A stretch of DNA of 64,000 nucleotides from a phage. The position numbers and the translations under genes were made by a program. Every line of letters begins with the position of its first letter. Position 1 is the stretch's first letter. Positions 62,648 through 64,000 of the stretch are shown piece after piece. The stretch is from the sequence record PX436236.1; one strand, written 5' to 3'. The notes beneath the pieces are model-generated. The model saw only the letters and a program-made list of their open reading frames with translations, was not told the origin of the DNA and ran no database searches.

Positions 62648-64000
62648 CTATTTAAATAAATTTGCTAATTTTTCCATAGAATCTTCATACATAATTCTAT
62701 CATAATTTCCAAACGAGAATCCGGTGCTATATGAATTTTCCTCTGTGATTTGCTCGGTAGCTACAACTTCACATTCCACTAAAACATATTTACCAATTGA
62801 ACCCATAGGTCCCTTGGAAGCACCGTATACTTTATTAATCTTAAGCATAACCCCACGAGGAAGAATTACTTCGGTTTCTGTAGACCAATTAGCCAAGTCA
62901 CCGGGCACAATAACCTTAATTTTATCAGCACCTTTAATAATTAACCCTAGCTTAATGGTATCTCTAGCACTTCCGGTCGCACTTTTAATGGTGTCTTCAA
63001 GATTACTATCTATATCGCTAGAAAGAGCTTCAGGGTCTAAGTTGGATTGAGCATGACCCATTTCACCGAAAATATTAGGAGCCAATGAAGTTGATGCAAA
63101 AATAGGAAGATACATCACCTTATGTTTTATAGAATTCAAAGCCATTTCGGTAGGCATTATCTGAGAACGATACACTATGGTTCCTTTAGGAAGTTTTGTA
63201 CCATTTTCAAATGTAGAATCCAACTCACCAATCATTTTTATCATTTCATCGGTGGTATCTGTTTTACCTAGCAAAAAGTTGTTTATATGGTTGTAGCCGC
63301 CACGAGTATACTTTTTGACTGCCTCTTCTTGAGGTTTGGATAAATTAGGATTATCAGATATCTTAAACAATGGTTGGATAGATTTTGTATAAACTGCTAC
63401 TAAGGATTTTATTACTTCCTTGATTTTAGATTCTCTAGCCCAAGTACCTTTAACTGAATCATCTAAAAGGGCCGCAGCGACTAGTCTAAGAATGTCTACA
63501 TTAGATTTACCTGATTTTAAAGCCTCTATGACACTATTAGATTTATCTAAAGAATCTGATGCCTCTAAAGCAAACTTTATATCAGCAATTAGTTTAAGTT
63601 TGCGCTCGTCTACTTCAAATGATGGATTAACACCGTTAAAAATATAATCCAAATATTCTGCCATTTCTTTAGAGGCGTCTTTTAATATTTTATTACTGGC
63701 TAAAGCTATTTGGCTTTCTTTAGAATCTTCAGAAGAATGAACGGAACTAGTAGCAGAATAATCTGCATAAGCTTTTTTGTGCTCTGCCGAAAATTTACTC
63801 AATCCTGTAGGCTCGGCGGTAGAATATAACGCATTTATAGCGGCCCGTTTAGAAACCTTAGTCTTGGTTATAACCATTTTATCAGAACGTGATTTTTCTA
63901 TTTCGTCTATAGACTTAGCTATAGCTTCTAATTTGGTAACATCTTCGCCTGTTTTCTTTGAAACATACACATCACCGACTTCAGATTCGACTTTAGTATA
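62648..64000 (-). CDS. alt: Alt-like ADP-ribosyltransferase, paralogue 3 (partial; N-terminus beyond window end)
   Basis: Frame homologous to paralogues 1 and 2 up to window edge; ART motifs VYRSQ, STSL, TETEVILPRG. Confidence 0.75.
   Translation of the reverse strand, partial: YTKVESEVGDVYVSKKTGEDVTKLEAIAKSIDEIEKSRSDKMVITKTKVSKRAAINALYSTAEPTGLSKFSAEHKKAYADYSATSSVHSSEDSKESQIALASNKILKDASKEMAEYLDYIFNGVNPSFEVDERKLKLIADIKFALEASDSLDKSNSVIEALKSGKSNVDILRLVAAALLDDSVKGTWARESKIKEVIKSLVAVYTKSIQPLFKISDNPNLSKPQEEAVKKYTRGGYNHINNFLLGKTDTTDEMIKMIGELDSTFENGTKLPKGTIVYRSQIMPTEMALNSIKHKVMYLPIFASTSLAPNIFGEMGHAQSNLDPEALSSDIDSNLEDTIKSATGSARDTIKLGLIIKGADKIKVIVPGDLANWSTETEVILPRGVMLKINKVYGASKGPMGSIGKYVLVECEVVATEQITEENSYSTGFSFGNYDRIMYEDSMEKLANLFK

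Overview
This window is a segment of a T4-like (Tevenvirinae-type) myovirus genome, with gene content and order largely collinear with phage T4. Coordinates 1-12104 are a minus-strand early/accessory region: about 20 small ORFs of unknown function, two tRNAs (Arg-TCT, Met/Ile-CAT), two internal-protein-like genes carrying a T4-type capsid targeting sequence, then 57B (Acb1-like 2H phosphoesterase), 57A, gp1, gp3, gp2 and gp4. Coordinates 12150-45223 are the plus-strand late structural module (gp53, gp5, gp6-gp12, wac, gp13-gp20, gp67, gp68, gp21, gp22, gp23, two gp24 paralogues). It is followed by rnlB, hoc, inh (minus), uvsW and uvsW.1 (plus), uvsY, gp25, gp26 (minus), gp51, gp27, gp28, gp29, gp48, gp54 (plus) and three tandem Alt-like ADP-ribosyltransferase paralogues (minus, the last truncated by the window edge). 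All protein identifications rest on reading the translated ORFs against remembered T4 protein sequences, sizes and gene order; no database search was run. Departures from the T4 layout that deserve a second look: a 687-aa ORF in the gp5/gp6 slot, triplicated alt, duplicated gp24, a four-member family of small proteins ending in a C-terminal Cys, repeated early-promoter/stem-loop cassettes (PeSL-like), palindromic divergent late promoters, and a structured non-coding stretch beside the tRNAs.
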